A stretch of DNA of 64,000 nt from Chloroflexota bacterium (GCA_965221905.1 OZ244922.1:1856001-1920000); one strand, 5' to 3'; shown: positions 10,583 through 20,515, numbered from the stretch's first letter. The notes: generated by a model not told the origin, from the sequence alone. A program made the numbers and translations.

Positions 10583-12462
10583 TGAACTTCATCCACACTT
10601 GGAATCACCGGCAGGACAATATGCGAGGATCGCCCCGGCCCGTGGAAGACCGTATTGTGCGCCTCTTCCAGCCGCGTGTGGCGTCCCAATGGCTCGCCGG
10701 TGTTGGGATTTACGTCGAAGCGCGGAAAGTTGCTGCTGGAAATGTCCACCCGGATGCGGTGTCCCCGTGCAAATACGTTACTGGTGGGGTACATCTCAAT
10801 GGTTAGTGCTGTCGGCACGTTGGGTTCAAGGTACTCCGCCTCTTCACGACTATTGCGGTAACGGGCGCGTTGAATGCTATCCGTAACATTCATGGCAAAG
10901 CCCTGGGGATAGTCTCCGTTCGGCGGATGCACGTCGAGCAGCTTGACTGTATAGTCGGTATCCACGGCGGTCGAGCTAATCCAGAGCTTTAGGGTTAGCG
11001 GCCCGGTGACCTCCACGTCCTCTTCAAGCGGCGGAGTTTGAAAAACCAAGACATCAGGACGGGCGGCAAGCGGGAGACTGCCGGTGTACCCAAAGAAGCG
11101 TTCGTCGCCGCGTTGGTCGTACGCGCCAGCCACGAGCACAGGATCGCCCGCCGAGAGATTGCCGCCGATTGTCGGTACCGGATTAGCCGGATCAAAGGTA
11201 AAGGAACTCTCCAGTATGCCTGGAGAAGGTTTATCCAGGCCCAGACCGCCGTCGGCGTGCAGGTAATATGGTGTCCACTGCGTGCGTGCCAGGGGCCATT
11301 CGTCTTCAGCCCGCCATTGCCCGCCGTGATCCAGGCGGCCATCGCTGTTACGCGTGCCGCTGCCGCCGCCCATGACGAAGATCTGCACCGGCTTGGTGTG
11401 GCCTGCTCCCGTCTCTTCTCCCTTGAGCCAGTAGTCGTACCAATGGAGCCGCAGTTCGTTCATATCGTAAATCGCCGCCTCGCGTCCGAAGTCTACATCA
11501 CCCGCGTGCGAGACTTCAGCGCTGCCGGTGCCGTGAGTGAACGGGCCCATGATGAGCGTCTGCGGCGAATCTTTCCGCTCGCTTAACTCGACATAATTCG
11601 TGCACGTCGAGCGGGCGTACGAGTCGTACCAGCCGCCAAAGTAGACCGTTGGCACATCGGCATGCTCGTCGTAAAAAAGTTCCGGCCCGTAGCCGGGACG
11701 GTGCCAGTATTCGTCCAGGTCGCCGTGGGTGAGCACGTCCAGATGCCATTGCTCGTAGCTGGGCAGTTCGGCGAGCGGCGATACGCCCTTCTTGAGCGGC
11801 GCGTTGGAAACCCATTGCGCCACGTTGGCGAAGGCGTTATCCAAGCTCACGCGCAGACGCGGGTCGCTGAGCGCCTCTTTGCTGGTGGTCGCCATGCGGA
11901 AGGTGTAGATCATGAAGCGCATCTCGCAGGCGCCGTTATGGCGCATCGAGGCGGTGTGGTAGTTCCACGGCCCTTCCTCGACGAACATGCCCGCGAGGCC
12001 GGGCGGATTGAGCGAGGCAAGCGCGCTCTGCGTGCAACCGGCGTAGCTGCACCCCGTGGTGGCGATCTTGCCGTTCGACCATGGCTGCTCCACAATCCAC
12101 GCGCAGGTGTCGTAGCCGTCCGGGCCCTCGTCGCCAAAGGCGTACCACTCACCCCCGGAGGTAAATCGCCCCCGCACGTCCTGGATCACCACCACGTACC
12201 CCCGGCGCGCGTAATAGTGCCCCTTCCGCCGCAAGCCCAGACCCGTCTTGTCATACGGCGTGCGCTCGAGAATGACGGGGAACGTGCCGTCAACAGCCAC
12301 CAACCCTTCCCCTGTCAGTCCAATACTTCCCTGGCTGCCGTCCCCCGGCACCGCCGGTCGATACACGTCCGTGCCGAGCTTGTTCCCATCGCGGGCCGTC
12401 ATCATTACGTTTCTTTCGACCACAACACCATATTGTTGTGGGGAACCTCGCTTTTCAGTCAC
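10579..12462 (-). CDS. CocE/NonD family serine hydrolase (X-Pro dipeptidyl-peptidase-like)
   Basis: RTPYDK, QDVRGRF, nucleophile GCSYAG, GGWYD, GPFTHG, C-terminal SSSNFPRFDVNPNTG. Confidence 0.92.
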   Translation of the reverse strand: MTEKRGSPQQYGVVVERNVMMTARDGNKLGTDVYRPAVPGDGSQGSIGLTGEGLVAVDGTFPVILERTPYDKTGLGLRRKGHYYARRGYVVVIQDVRGRFTSGGEWYAFGDEGPDGYDTCAWIVEQPWSNGKIATTGCSYAGCTQSALASLNPPGLAGMFVEEGPWNYHTASMRHNGACEMRFMIYTFRMATTSKEALSDPRLRVSLDNAFANVAQWVSNAPLKKGVSPLAELPSYEQWHLDVLTHGDLDEYWHRPGYGPELFYDEHADVPTVYFGGWYDSYARSTCTNYVELSERKDSPQTLIMGPFTHGTGSAEVSHAGDVDFGREAAIYDMNELRLHWYDYWLKGEETGAGHTKPVQIFVMGGGSGTRNSDGRLDHGGQWRAEDEWPLARTQWTPYYLHADGGLGLDKPSPGILESSFTFDPANPVPTIGGNLSAGDPVLVAGAYDQRGDERFFGYTGSLPLAARPDVLVFQTPPLEEDVEVTGPLTLKLWISSTAVDTDYTVKLLDVHPPNGDYPQGFAMNVTDSIQRARYRNSREEAEYLEPNVPTALTIEMYPTSNVFARGHRIRVDISSSNFPRFDVNPNTGEPLGRHTRLEEAHNTVFHGPGRSSHIVLPVIPSVDEVQ

Positions 12463-12712
12463 GGCACTACCCCTTCGAGTTTTACAAACTTACTTGCCCA
12501 TTCGACAATGCTCAAGACCTGCAAATGCTGGACTACAGTGTGCCAGATTTCACTTGTATTGTGTGAGGAAGCAATGGTTGACGGGCTGTAGCATGTACTG
12601 TATGCAACGCTGGATCAACAAGATTGGTTTGAAAAGCACTTGAAGAACTGTTACATCGCAATTCTAGGTCCCTTGGGTTAACTTCACGGCGTCAGTTGAC
12701 GCCAAGTCAACG

Positions 12713-13057
12713 CTAATACCGGTGCTGTTTGAAAAGCGATCGCACCCGACTCTTGAGCTGAGGTAACTCTCGTTCGACAACCGCCCATGTGAGTTCAAGG
12801 TCTACTTGACCGTAAGCGTGGATGAGACGATTTCGCATGGCGATGATACGGGGCCAAGGAATCTCTTGATGGGCGGCGGTGATCTCTGTAGGAAGATGAC
12901 GCGTTGCCTCTCCGATGATCTCCAGTCGGCGTATCACTGCGTCTTGCTTCTCTCGCGAGGCAAGGAATGCCGATTTCGTGAGATTCTGTGTATACAACTC
13001 GATGAGGTCAATGCATTCAAGAATGTCTTGAAGATAAATGGTGGGGTCTGTGGGCAT
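12713..13057 (-). CDS. hepT: HEPN (DUF86) ribonuclease toxin, HepT-like
   Basis: DAVIRRLEIIGEA, IPW, RNRLIHAY (R-X4-H-X-Y motif); directly downstream of an MNT gene. Confidence 0.9.
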   Translation of the reverse strand: MPTDPTIYLQDILECIDLIELYTQNLTKSAFLASREKQDAVIRRLEIIGEATRHLPTEITAAHQEIPWPRIIAMRNRLIHAYGQVDLELTWAVVERELPQLKSRVRSLFKQHRY

Positions 13058-13061
13058 GGGT

Positions 13062-13373
13062 CTAGAGAATGATCACTTCGTCTGCGAGGATGCGATCGCG
13101 GAGGCGGGGGTGGATTGAGCGGTATGTTAGGATGTCGACTTTGCGGCCCAATGCTTGTTCCAAGTCTAAGCCGAGACCCGCGAGGTCTAGCAGACTCGCT
13201 CCAGCGGGCATTTCCACCAGTAGGTCAATGTCGCTCTCCAGCCCAAGCCTCCCGTTGACCACAGAGCCAAACAGCCCTGCCCGTTGTGCGCCGTAATGCT
13301 TCAATATAGGCACCGCTGCTTGTTTGATCGTTGAGAGGGATGGCGGTGGTTTCTGCTCTGCCTTGGTCTCCAC
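13062..13373 (-). CDS. mntA: minimal nucleotidyltransferase antitoxin, MntA-like
   Basis: LFGSVVNG...SDIDLLV (GS-X10-DXD), LGRKVDIL. Confidence 0.9.
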   Translation of the reverse strand: METKAEQKPPPSLSTIKQAAVPILKHYGAQRAGLFGSVVNGRLGLESDIDLLVEMPAGASLLDLAGLGLDLEQALGRKVDILTYRSIHPRLRDRILADEVIIL

Positions 13374-13580
13374 GACATTTACTTTCTATTCTGCAAATCG
13401 CACACTTATGCAAGTTTGATGAATCTAATGCAAATAAGGCTAACAAACTCTCAGGTCACAATGCGATCATAACGTGACCAATGCGTCTCTGTCCAAGTGT
13501 TGTCAGGAATATAGATGGACTTCTCAGTTGATCCGACTGTATATCCTTTAGTGTCTGTTCGGAGCAAGTGAGCGAGCCGT

Positions 13581-13613
13581 CCGTTCATGGTTCGACAGGC
13601 TCTCCACGAACGG
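13581..13613. repeat. REP-like palindrome, TTCGACAGGCTC family, copy 1
   Basis: CCGTTCATGGTTCGACAGGCTCTCCACGAACGG; 30/33 identical to 39365-39397; CCGTTC/GAACGG terminal stem. Confidence 0.75.
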
Positions 13614-13632
13614 TCTATGCGGCAGACTGCGG

Positions 13633-13720
13633 GAGTCGAGAGGACCTACGAATCCAGAGGGCCGACGAGTCCAGAGGGCCGACGAGTCCAGAGGCCTATG
13701 AATCCAGAGGGCCTAAGAAT
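13633..13720 (+). repeat. 17-bp tandem repeat, about 5 copies (consensus GARTCCAGAGGGCCKAC)
   Basis: gagtcgagaggacctac / gaatccagagggccgac / gagtccagagggccgac / gagtccagaggcctat / gaatccagagggcctaa / gaat. Confidence 0.85.
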
Positions 13721-13855
13721 GCAATGTAGGGCAAACCACCTAGAGAGCGTGGAGAAAATCTGCCTGTGGCGTGCATGTTCCCAGCTAGTCGCTCACTGGG
13801 CATATTGTGCATGTGCCGAGAAACTGCCTTCGCGGTGTAGCAGCATCTGTTGCAT

Positions 13856-15838
13856 TTAGACTCTCGTCACCCATACGGGGCTACTCCAGGCCTGTGCCAC
13901 GCGGCCGTGGACGAGGTCGCGCTGGCGCACGCGGACGTAGTAGATAGCGTGGGCGGGTGGCGCCTCGTCGGTCCAATCTAGAGTGAAATCCAAGGGCGCG
14001 CTGCTGCCGGGGAACCAAGCCTGGTGGACGACACTGAAGCCCGCCTCCGGGCGGTCGAGATCGGCGCTTAGGACGTGAATCCAGCGCAGGGGGCCGGTGC
14101 CCAGCGCTTCCACATGCACCGCAGCCGGCTGACCGGCGGCAATAGTCGTCTCGCCGCCCATGGGCTCGCCGTTCACCGTAAACTCCAAGTAGATACGGGA
14201 GCCGGTCGTGCCGTAGGTGCGGCGGTTGCGGATGGCGTCGAAGACCGCTTCACGGGCCAATGCCGGCGCCCAGACCGCCATAGTGCCGTAGCCCTCTTTC
14301 CCCGGCTGCGCGCCGTGGTTGTCAGAAGACCCGATCGTGCCTAGTTTGAGGCCCGCCAGCCAGGCATCCACAGTATAGTTGCCGGGATCGCCGGGACCGT
14401 TGAAAGTGAAATCGGAAACATCCATGGAAATTGGATGGTCGGGCGCGTACTCCTCGCTGAGGCCGTGGGAGGAGTAGATCTCGATGGTGGTACGGAATCG
14501 GGAGTCATGGATGCTCCAGTCGTGCTTCACGCCGCCGCCCGGTCGCGCAAAACCGCCGGTATGGTGGGGGATAGTGAGCAACTCGCCCGCCAGATTCTCG
14601 TGCTCGGCCCGCTGCCATATCTCTTCGGGGTTCTCCTCGTCGCTGTAGCGAAGCACACCCTCGCCGCCGCGAAAGTAGACGTTATGGTGGCCGTAGGGCG
14701 CGCCGAAACTTGCCTCATAGCCGAGTATTGTGGCGAACGTGCCCGGCGCGTCCCACTTTTCAGTATAGGCGACATTCTGTTGCCAGTCCTCCTGACTCAT
14801 ACTGCGCCTATCGTTGTGGTCGGTGGCGCTGTAGATATCGAGCAGGGAGGCATAGCGCGCGTAGCGAAAGTGGTCGTCTCCGGTGCCGGTGCCGTCCCAG
14901 GAGTACTGGCTATGGGAGTGAATGTCGCCCCAATAGAGGCCCGCTGCGGGCGAATTGGCCGATTCTGCCGCAGAATCAGAGACCTTGCTTGGATTGGAGA
15001 GGCCGTACAATCTTCCGTCGTGGGAGGTGCCGCGCAAGCGCAATACGCCGGCCTCAGTAGGCGTGACCGTAAACTCTCCACACCCCCACGTACTTGCACT
15101 CCCAAGCTTGATGGGGTTTGCCGGAATTGAAGCCGCGCCCGTTTCGACTGCCAGATAGATAGCAGTGTCCGGCGCGGGCACCGGATTGTGAAATTCGTCC
15201 AGCGCCACCATGCGCACGCGCTTTTTCCTGCCCACAACACTGCGGGACTCGAGCACCAAGAGCAGCTCTACCGGCGGTCCCGGCTCATTGTTGAGCCAGG
15301 GCAAGGCGCCATCCGGCAAGAGCGTGAACGCGCCGTCTCCCGTTGGGTCAACCGCCGCACGTACCCGATCCGGCGAGCCGGTCCAGAGGGGCGGGGTGAA
15401 TCCGCGACCGCCTCCGCTCATATCGCCGTATACAACGTTGATCGTGTCACCTGCTTGCAGTTCACCCTCCGTCACCGTTACGGAAACCGTCCAGGCATAG
15501 CGGCTCCCCGGCGGATAGCCAACGTTCCTGCGCAGCGGCTTTACGTACTCGGCGTCGCTTGCATCGAGGATTTCGTAATGCAGGCGCACACCGGGCCGGT
15601 CGGTGTGCGCGGTGACATAAAACGGCGCGGCGGGGTCCACGCTCTGTACACGGCGGGCGGAGTTGCGCCACCACTGGTGCCAACGTTCCGGCAGCGCTAC
15701 CTGCAATCCACCACCGCTAGCTATGCCTTTCGCACCGGCGGAATACGTCACCACCCACGTGCCCCAGGCGCCGGCACGACCGTGGTTGGGAGAGATTGTT
15801 ACGGTGCCAGTCTCCGAAGAGTTTCCTGAGGAACGCAT
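13856..15838 (-). CDS. DUF3604 / PHP-like metallohydrolase (second paralog)
   Basis: YWGDIHSHS, ATDH, GHHNV, IPHH, SSDNHGAQPG, RRTYGTTG, YYVRVRQ...AWSSPVW; start placed at ATG 15838 behind a GGAAGGT RBS (ORF track extends it to 15883). Confidence 0.8.
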   Translation of the reverse strand: MRSSGNSSETGTVTISPNHGRAGAWGTWVVTYSAGAKGIASGGGLQVALPERWHQWWRNSARRVQSVDPAAPFYVTAHTDRPGVRLHYEILDASDAEYVKPLRRNVGYPPGSRYAWTVSVTVTEGELQAGDTINVVYGDMSGGGRGFTPPLWTGSPDRVRAAVDPTGDGAFTLLPDGALPWLNNEPGPPVELLLVLESRSVVGRKKRVRMVALDEFHNPVPAPDTAIYLAVETGAASIPANPIKLGSASTWGCGEFTVTPTEAGVLRLRGTSHDGRLYGLSNPSKVSDSAAESANSPAAGLYWGDIHSHSQYSWDGTGTGDDHFRYARYASLLDIYSATDHNDRRSMSQEDWQQNVAYTEKWDAPGTFATILGYEASFGAPYGHHNVYFRGGEGVLRYSDEENPEEIWQRAEHENLAGELLTIPHHTGGFARPGGGVKHDWSIHDSRFRTTIEIYSSHGLSEEYAPDHPISMDVSDFTFNGPGDPGNYTVDAWLAGLKLGTIGSSDNHGAQPGKEGYGTMAVWAPALAREAVFDAIRNRRTYGTTGSRIYLEFTVNGEPMGGETTIAAGQPAAVHVEALGTGPLRWIHVLSADLDRPEAGFSVVHQAWFPGSSAPLDFTLDWTDEAPPAHAIYYVRVRQRDLVHGRVAQAWSSPVWVTRV

Positions 15839-16034
15839 GTGTACCCACCTTCCATTCATAATTTCAATTACTGCGACGGCCATTGCCTCGTCAGCAACTT
15901 CCTGACCGCGTTCAATGCGCTACACTCGGCTAGGAGTGCCAACGAATATGGTATCAGTTCAATCCTCTGCCGCCTGCGGCCGGCGAGAAGTGCCTCGGGC
16001 CTGTTTCTACCCTATTCAGAGATTCTCATTGGAT

Positions 16035-16062
16035 TTGACATTCGCGGGCCACAGCGCACAAT
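16035..16062 (+). promoter_or_regulatory. putative sigma70 promoter of the aquaporin gene
   Basis: TTGACA-N16-CACAAT about 70 bp upstream of the ATG. Confidence 0.4.
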
Positions 16063-16132
16063 AACAGGTGAAGAGTGTCCGTACATTGCTGACCGCTAGA
16101 GCCAGGTCGTCTCCAAGGAGGGGAGTTCTGCC

Positions 16133-16840
16133 ATGACTGAGAATACGCCAAAAGCGCTCGTCGCTGAATTCATTGGGACGTTTTGTTTCTTCTTCATCGG
16201 GGCAGGCGCGATCATCACCGATGCCTTCATTGTCTCACGCGGCGGTGACGGACCGGGGTTGGTTGCAATTGCACTCGCCCACGGCCTGGCGCTCGCCATC
16301 ATGGTAACCGCGTTCGGCCACATTTCCGGAGGGCACTTCAATCCGGCCGTGACCGTAGCGGCTTTCGTGGGCCGTCAGATAGATATTCTACACGGTGTGC
16401 TCTACATTATCGCCCAACTGGTTGCAGCCGTGCTGGCGGGATTCGCCCTGCGCGCGGTCTTTCCCACCGATGTCTGGCAATCTGTCAATCTCGGAACGCC
16501 GGCAGTGGCAGCAGACATATCGTTCGGTACCGCCGTTCTCATCGAAGCCATCCTTACGTTCATTCTGGTGATCGCAGTTTTTGGCACCGCCATGGACCCG
16601 CGCGCTGCCAAGGTGGGCGGCTTTGCAATCGGCCTTACCATTTCGGCTGACATTCTGATTGGCGGCCCGCTCACCGGCGCCTCGATGAACCCGGCGCGCA
16701 CGTTTGGCCCGGCAGTAGCCGCGAACTTCTGGGAAAACCATCTCGTCTACTGGATTGGCCCGCTATGCGGCGCGATCATCGCCGGCTTGGTCTATGGCTG
16801 GTATCTCATGGACAAGAAGCAGGATGAAGAAGCTGCGTAG
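16133..16840 (+). CDS. MIP/aquaporin family channel
   Basis: AEFIGTF, two NPA boxes (SGGHFNPAVT, ASMNPARTFG), YWIGP; hydrophobic helices; AAGGAGG RBS. Confidence 0.95.
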   Translation: MTENTPKALVAEFIGTFCFFFIGAGAIITDAFIVSRGGDGPGLVAIALAHGLALAIMVTAFGHISGGHFNPAVTVAAFVGRQIDILHGVLYIIAQLVAAVLAGFALRAVFPTDVWQSVNLGTPAVAADISFGTAVLIEAILTFILVIAVFGTAMDPRAAKVGGFAIGLTISADILIGGPLTGASMNPARTFGPAVAANFWENHLVYWIGPLCGAIIAGLVYGWYLMDKKQDEEAA

Positions 16841-16921
16841 GCATGGAAGGCTGTTGTGGTAGAATTTTATCGAGCGACTTTGTGAAGCGCTGCACAAGCA
16901 GTCTTTTCCTAGGTACAGCCG

Positions 16922-18535
16922 TTGGCTAAGACTTATATAGAGGAATCTCCATCGGGGCAGGCGCAGTCCCAGCGACGCATCGTCATCTACGATACGACGC
17001 TGCGCGACGGTGCCCAAGCCGAGGGGCTCTCGTTCGCCGCCGCGGACAAGCTCAAGATTGCCCGCCGGCTGGATGAACTGGGCGTTCATTACCTGGAAGG
17101 CGGTTACCCGGGATCGAATCCGAAGGACCAGGAATTCTTCCGTTTGGCGCAGGAGTTCGATTGGAAGAACCTTACAATTACGGCCTTCGGTAGCACCCGA
17201 CATAAGTCTACGAGCGCTGAGAACGACGCTGGCGTGCGGGCGCTCATTGACACAGGCACCCGCGCGGTTTGCATCGTCGGCAAGTCGTGGGACCACCACG
17301 TCACAGCCGTGTTAGACACTACCCTTGAGAATAACCTGGCAATGATTCGCGAAACTATTGCCTACCTCAAGCGTCATGGCCGCGAGGTTTTCTTCGACGC
17401 GGAGCACTTTTTCGACGGCTACCGAGCCAGCCCGGAATATGCATTGTCTTCTCTGCGGGCCGCTCACGAGGCCGGGGCGGACTGCCTAGTGCTTTGCGAT
17501 ACGAATGGCGGAAACATTCCTGACGATATTGCGGACGTAACCCGCCGAGTCGTTGCCGAGTTCGACGTGCCCATCGGTATTCACGTGCACAATGACGCCG
17601 ACCTAGCCACCGCAAATACGTTGGCGGCAGTAGAGAGCGGAGCCTCTCACGTACAAGGGACGGTGAATGGAGTTGGGGAACGCTGTGGCAACGCAAATCT
17701 CTGCACAGTGATTCCCAATCTTCAAATCAAGCTGGGCTATACGGCAATTCAGCCTGATCAGTTGCAGCATCTCTCCGACGTGGCGCGATTCGTTAGTGAG
17801 ATCGCAAACATGGCGCTCAATCCGTTCATGCCCTATGTCGGACACTCCGCCTTTGCCCACAAGGCCGGCTATCATGCCGACGGCATGGCGAAGAGTCGAA
17901 TTGCCTACCAGCATATCGATCCGGCTGTCGTCGGCAACGAAATGCGTGTGCTCATCTCCGAGTTAAGCGGTCGGAGCAGCGTGCTCTCACGGGCCGAGCG
18001 TCTCGGCTTTCGCCTTTCGCGCCAGAGTGAAGACCTTCACGGCTTAGTAGAAGAGATCAAGGATCTGGAGCAGCGCGGTTTCCAGTTCGAAGGCGCTGAG
18101 GCTTCATTCGAGTTGCTCATCAAGCGACGCCAGCCGGACTACAGACCTCCGTTTACCCTCTTGGACTTCCTTGTCTTAGTTGAAACACGCGGCGGGCGGA
18201 GCATTCTCTCCGAAGCTACGGTCAAGATTCGCGTGGGCGATGAAGTGCAGCATACTGCCGCGGAAGGCAACGGGCCGGTGAACGCGTTGGATGCCGCGAT
18301 GCGTAAGGCGTTGGTTTCCGCCTACCCCCACCTCAAGCGGGTGCGGCTCTTGGACTATAAGGTGCGCGTACTCGACGAGAGCAGTGCTACTTCAGCAGGA
18401 GTGCGCGTAATGATCGAAAGCACCAACGGCCAAACCGAGTGGAGTACCGTGGGCAGTTCCACGAATATCATCGAAGCGAGCTACTCGGCGCTCGCGGACT
18501 CCTTGGAATACGCGATCCTCGTGACAGAATCGTAG
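16922..18535 (+). CDS. cimA: citramalate synthase (LeuA/CimA family)
   Basis: YDTTLRDGAQAEG, FFDAEHFFDG (CimA-type), LCDTNGG, HVHND, GERCGN, FAHKAG, C-terminal regulatory domain GNGPVNALD. Confidence 0.85.
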   Translation: MAKTYIEESPSGQAQSQRRIVIYDTTLRDGAQAEGLSFAAADKLKIARRLDELGVHYLEGGYPGSNPKDQEFFRLAQEFDWKNLTITAFGSTRHKSTSAENDAGVRALIDTGTRAVCIVGKSWDHHVTAVLDTTLENNLAMIRETIAYLKRHGREVFFDAEHFFDGYRASPEYALSSLRAAHEAGADCLVLCDTNGGNIPDDIADVTRRVVAEFDVPIGIHVHNDADLATANTLAAVESGASHVQGTVNGVGERCGNANLCTVIPNLQIKLGYTAIQPDQLQHLSDVARFVSEIANMALNPFMPYVGHSAFAHKAGYHADGMAKSRIAYQHIDPAVVGNEMRVLISELSGRSSVLSRAERLGFRLSRQSEDLHGLVEEIKDLEQRGFQFEGAEASFELLIKRRQPDYRPPFTLLDFLVLVETRGGRSILSEATVKIRVGDEVQHTAAEGNGPVNALDAAMRKALVSAYPHLKRVRLLDYKVRVLDESSATSAGVRVMIESTNGQTEWSTVGSSTNIIEASYSALADSLEYAILVTES

Positions 18536-18556
18536 CGATAGTGCCGAGCAAGGTTA

Positions 18557-19222
18557 ATGTCGCGAATGCAGTTTCGGTGTTGTATCTTCGACTATGCCGG
18601 CACCCTGGTGGATTTGCGTCCGGCCATTGTCGAGGCTACGTTCGCCGCCGTGGAACAATGGGCTCCAGGCAATTTTTCTCGCGAACGTCTAACCGAAGAG
18701 CTTTCCGGCCCACTTGCAGACCCCTTTATCGCTGCTGCCGACGGACGCGATTCCCTAGCAAATGAAATGCGCCGGGTTTTCTTGGAGCATTGGGAAGCCC
18801 ACCGGCAGGAGTTAATTGCGCCATTTTGCGGTGTCGCCGACATGCTGGCCGCGCTGACTGATGTGGGAACGACCGTTGTGGTTACTTCCGGCAGCATGCG
18901 CGCTGCGGGAAGCAGCGAGTTGGAAGCCACCGGGCTTGCATCCTACGTAAGTACTGCGGTGTTTCAAGATGACGTTGCTCGGCCCAAGCCCTTTGCCGAC
19001 GCTGCGCTCCGAGCCCTTGAAGTAGTCAGCGCGTCCCCAGAGGAAACACTGCTGATAGGTGATAGTGACTTGGATATCCAGTGCGGCCGGTTGGCAGGTA
19101 TTAGCACCGGCGCTGCGCTCTGGGGCGCGTTAGATAGGGTGTCGTTGCTCGCAGAAGAGCCGGACTTTGCTCTTGAACACCCCTCTGAGGTGGTGGAAAT
19201 CGTACGAAAGGGTGTGAAGTAG
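18557..19222 (+). CDS. HAD-superfamily hydrolase (PpaX/Gph-like)
   Basis: Motif I FDYAGTLVD, KPFAD, IGDSDLDI, GAALWG. Confidence 0.8.
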   Translation: MSRMQFRCCIFDYAGTLVDLRPAIVEATFAAVEQWAPGNFSRERLTEELSGPLADPFIAAADGRDSLANEMRRVFLEHWEAHRQELIAPFCGVADMLAALTDVGTTVVVTSGSMRAAGSSELEATGLASYVSTAVFQDDVARPKPFADAALRALEVVSASPEETLLIGDSDLDIQCGRLAGISTGAALWGALDRVSLLAEEPDFALEHPSEVVEIVRKGVK

Positions 19223-19300
19223 CGCTTGCTCCGCTTAGGAATTGCGGCGGGGCGAAGGCCTTATCCTCACTTGGCAGCCACGCACCGCCAAAGTGCATGC

Positions 19301-20515
19301 CTACGTGGTTGCAGTGCTACTAACTTGCCGCATACGTTCCGTCCACTGCTCCGGCGCATTGATTTCATCCAGCGTAGGCATCGTGTGTTCGGATTCCCAC
19401 ACCTGATTGAGAAAGGGCATGCTCTCTTCAGCCACGACGTGGCGGACAAAGCGCTCCCCCAGACGGTATTGCGCAAGTTTGAGATCGAATCCCAGCAACC
19501 GCATAAGTGCCCGTTCCAATGAACCGCGCTTGCGCGCCTCAAGTCGCTGGCGCATAGCGGGAAATCCAGGGATGAGCTGCTCGCCCAATTCATCCATGAT
19601 GTAATTGCCGTAACCTTCCACGAGGCTCATGACGCCTTGCACGCGCACCAGCATTTCTCGCTGCTCCGGCGTGGTCAAGAGACCCATCAGCCCGCCTAGG
19701 CGCTCGCGACTGTCCTTCACTTCAGCACCGGGCAGGAGCATTGCGCGCAACGGCTGGCGCGACTCCCGGAGAAGCTCGCGGAAGCTCTCCACGTACGATT
19801 CGATAAGGCTTCCGAGATACTCGGCGAGCCACGGCGCTACTTGAAACTGAATAGCATGGGTGGTCTCATGGAGCGCGATCCACAGGCGGAAGGCGTCGGG
19901 CGGAATCTCGAGCCGGTGTTGCAGACGGCGGATATTCGGCTCGACAAAGTAGATGCGGCTGATTGATTCTGACGTAGGCGCACCCTCGGAAGCCGGCGGC
20001 GCCAGAAACGGCATGTCGAATTGGCCTAAGACGTGCCGCGAAAGAAAGCCGAGTACGATGCCCATTTGCGCGGAGAGCGTGAGTTGCATGCTCCCGTGCG
20101 CGAGCCGAAACAGCGTGCTGCTATTTGCCCCAATGCTGTCGACGTATACGTCTTCCAAAGGATGCAGCAGGCGTTGCACGGTGCTGAGATTGCGCTGGAC
20201 CCAGAGCGGGCGATCCAAAACCTCCACCTCGTGGCGGTCGGACATGGCGGAGAGCTGAATGAATGGAACGATTTGTTCGTGGCTGATCCGCACAAGGGCC
20301 TGATAGTCCGCGAGAAGCGCTTCTCGCGCGTGGGCGGGTAGCACGCTATCGGGGTTGCGCGCGGCGATGCGCAGGGCAATGCGCTCCGTACGTTGCCAGT
20401 CAATGATGTCCGGCTGCACGCGCGCGGCAAATCTGCGGGCAATTACATAGCCGCCGCTGAGAAGCAGGCCCAGTGCGACGCCAAACAAGGCCGCCTTTCG
20501 CTGATCGCGCATCAC
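19301..20515 (-). CDS. zinc-dependent metalloprotease (Zincin_2/DUF2342-like) with N-terminal membrane anchor
   Basis: VLGQFD, YFVEPNI, LWIALHETTH (HEXXH), MSLVEGYGNYIMD, KLAQYRLGERFV. Confidence 0.85.
   Translation of the reverse strand: MMRDQRKAALFGVALGLLLSGGYVIARRFAARVQPDIIDWQRTERIALRIAARNPDSVLPAHAREALLADYQALVRISHEQIVPFIQLSAMSDRHEVEVLDRPLWVQRNLSTVQRLLHPLEDVYVDSIGANSSTLFRLAHGSMQLTLSAQMGIVLGFLSRHVLGQFDMPFLAPPASEGAPTSESISRIYFVEPNIRRLQHRLEIPPDAFRLWIALHETTHAIQFQVAPWLAEYLGSLIESYVESFRELLRESRQPLRAMLLPGAEVKDSRERLGGLMGLLTTPEQREMLVRVQGVMSLVEGYGNYIMDELGEQLIPGFPAMRQRLEARKRGSLERALMRLLGFDLKLAQYRLGERFVRHVVAEESMPFLNQVWESEHTMPTLDEINAPEQWTERMRQVSSTATT

Noticed and set aside
11662-12591. 309-aa plus-strand ORF
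   Set aside because: Antisense shadow of the GC-rich CocE gene
13633-13720. Possible CRISPR array
   Set aside because: Units are 16-17 bp, directly adjacent with no unique spacers, and no cas genes are in the window
13587-13859. 90-aa plus-strand ORF
   Set aside because: Runs through the REP-like palindrome and tandem repeat; no recognisable motif or RBS
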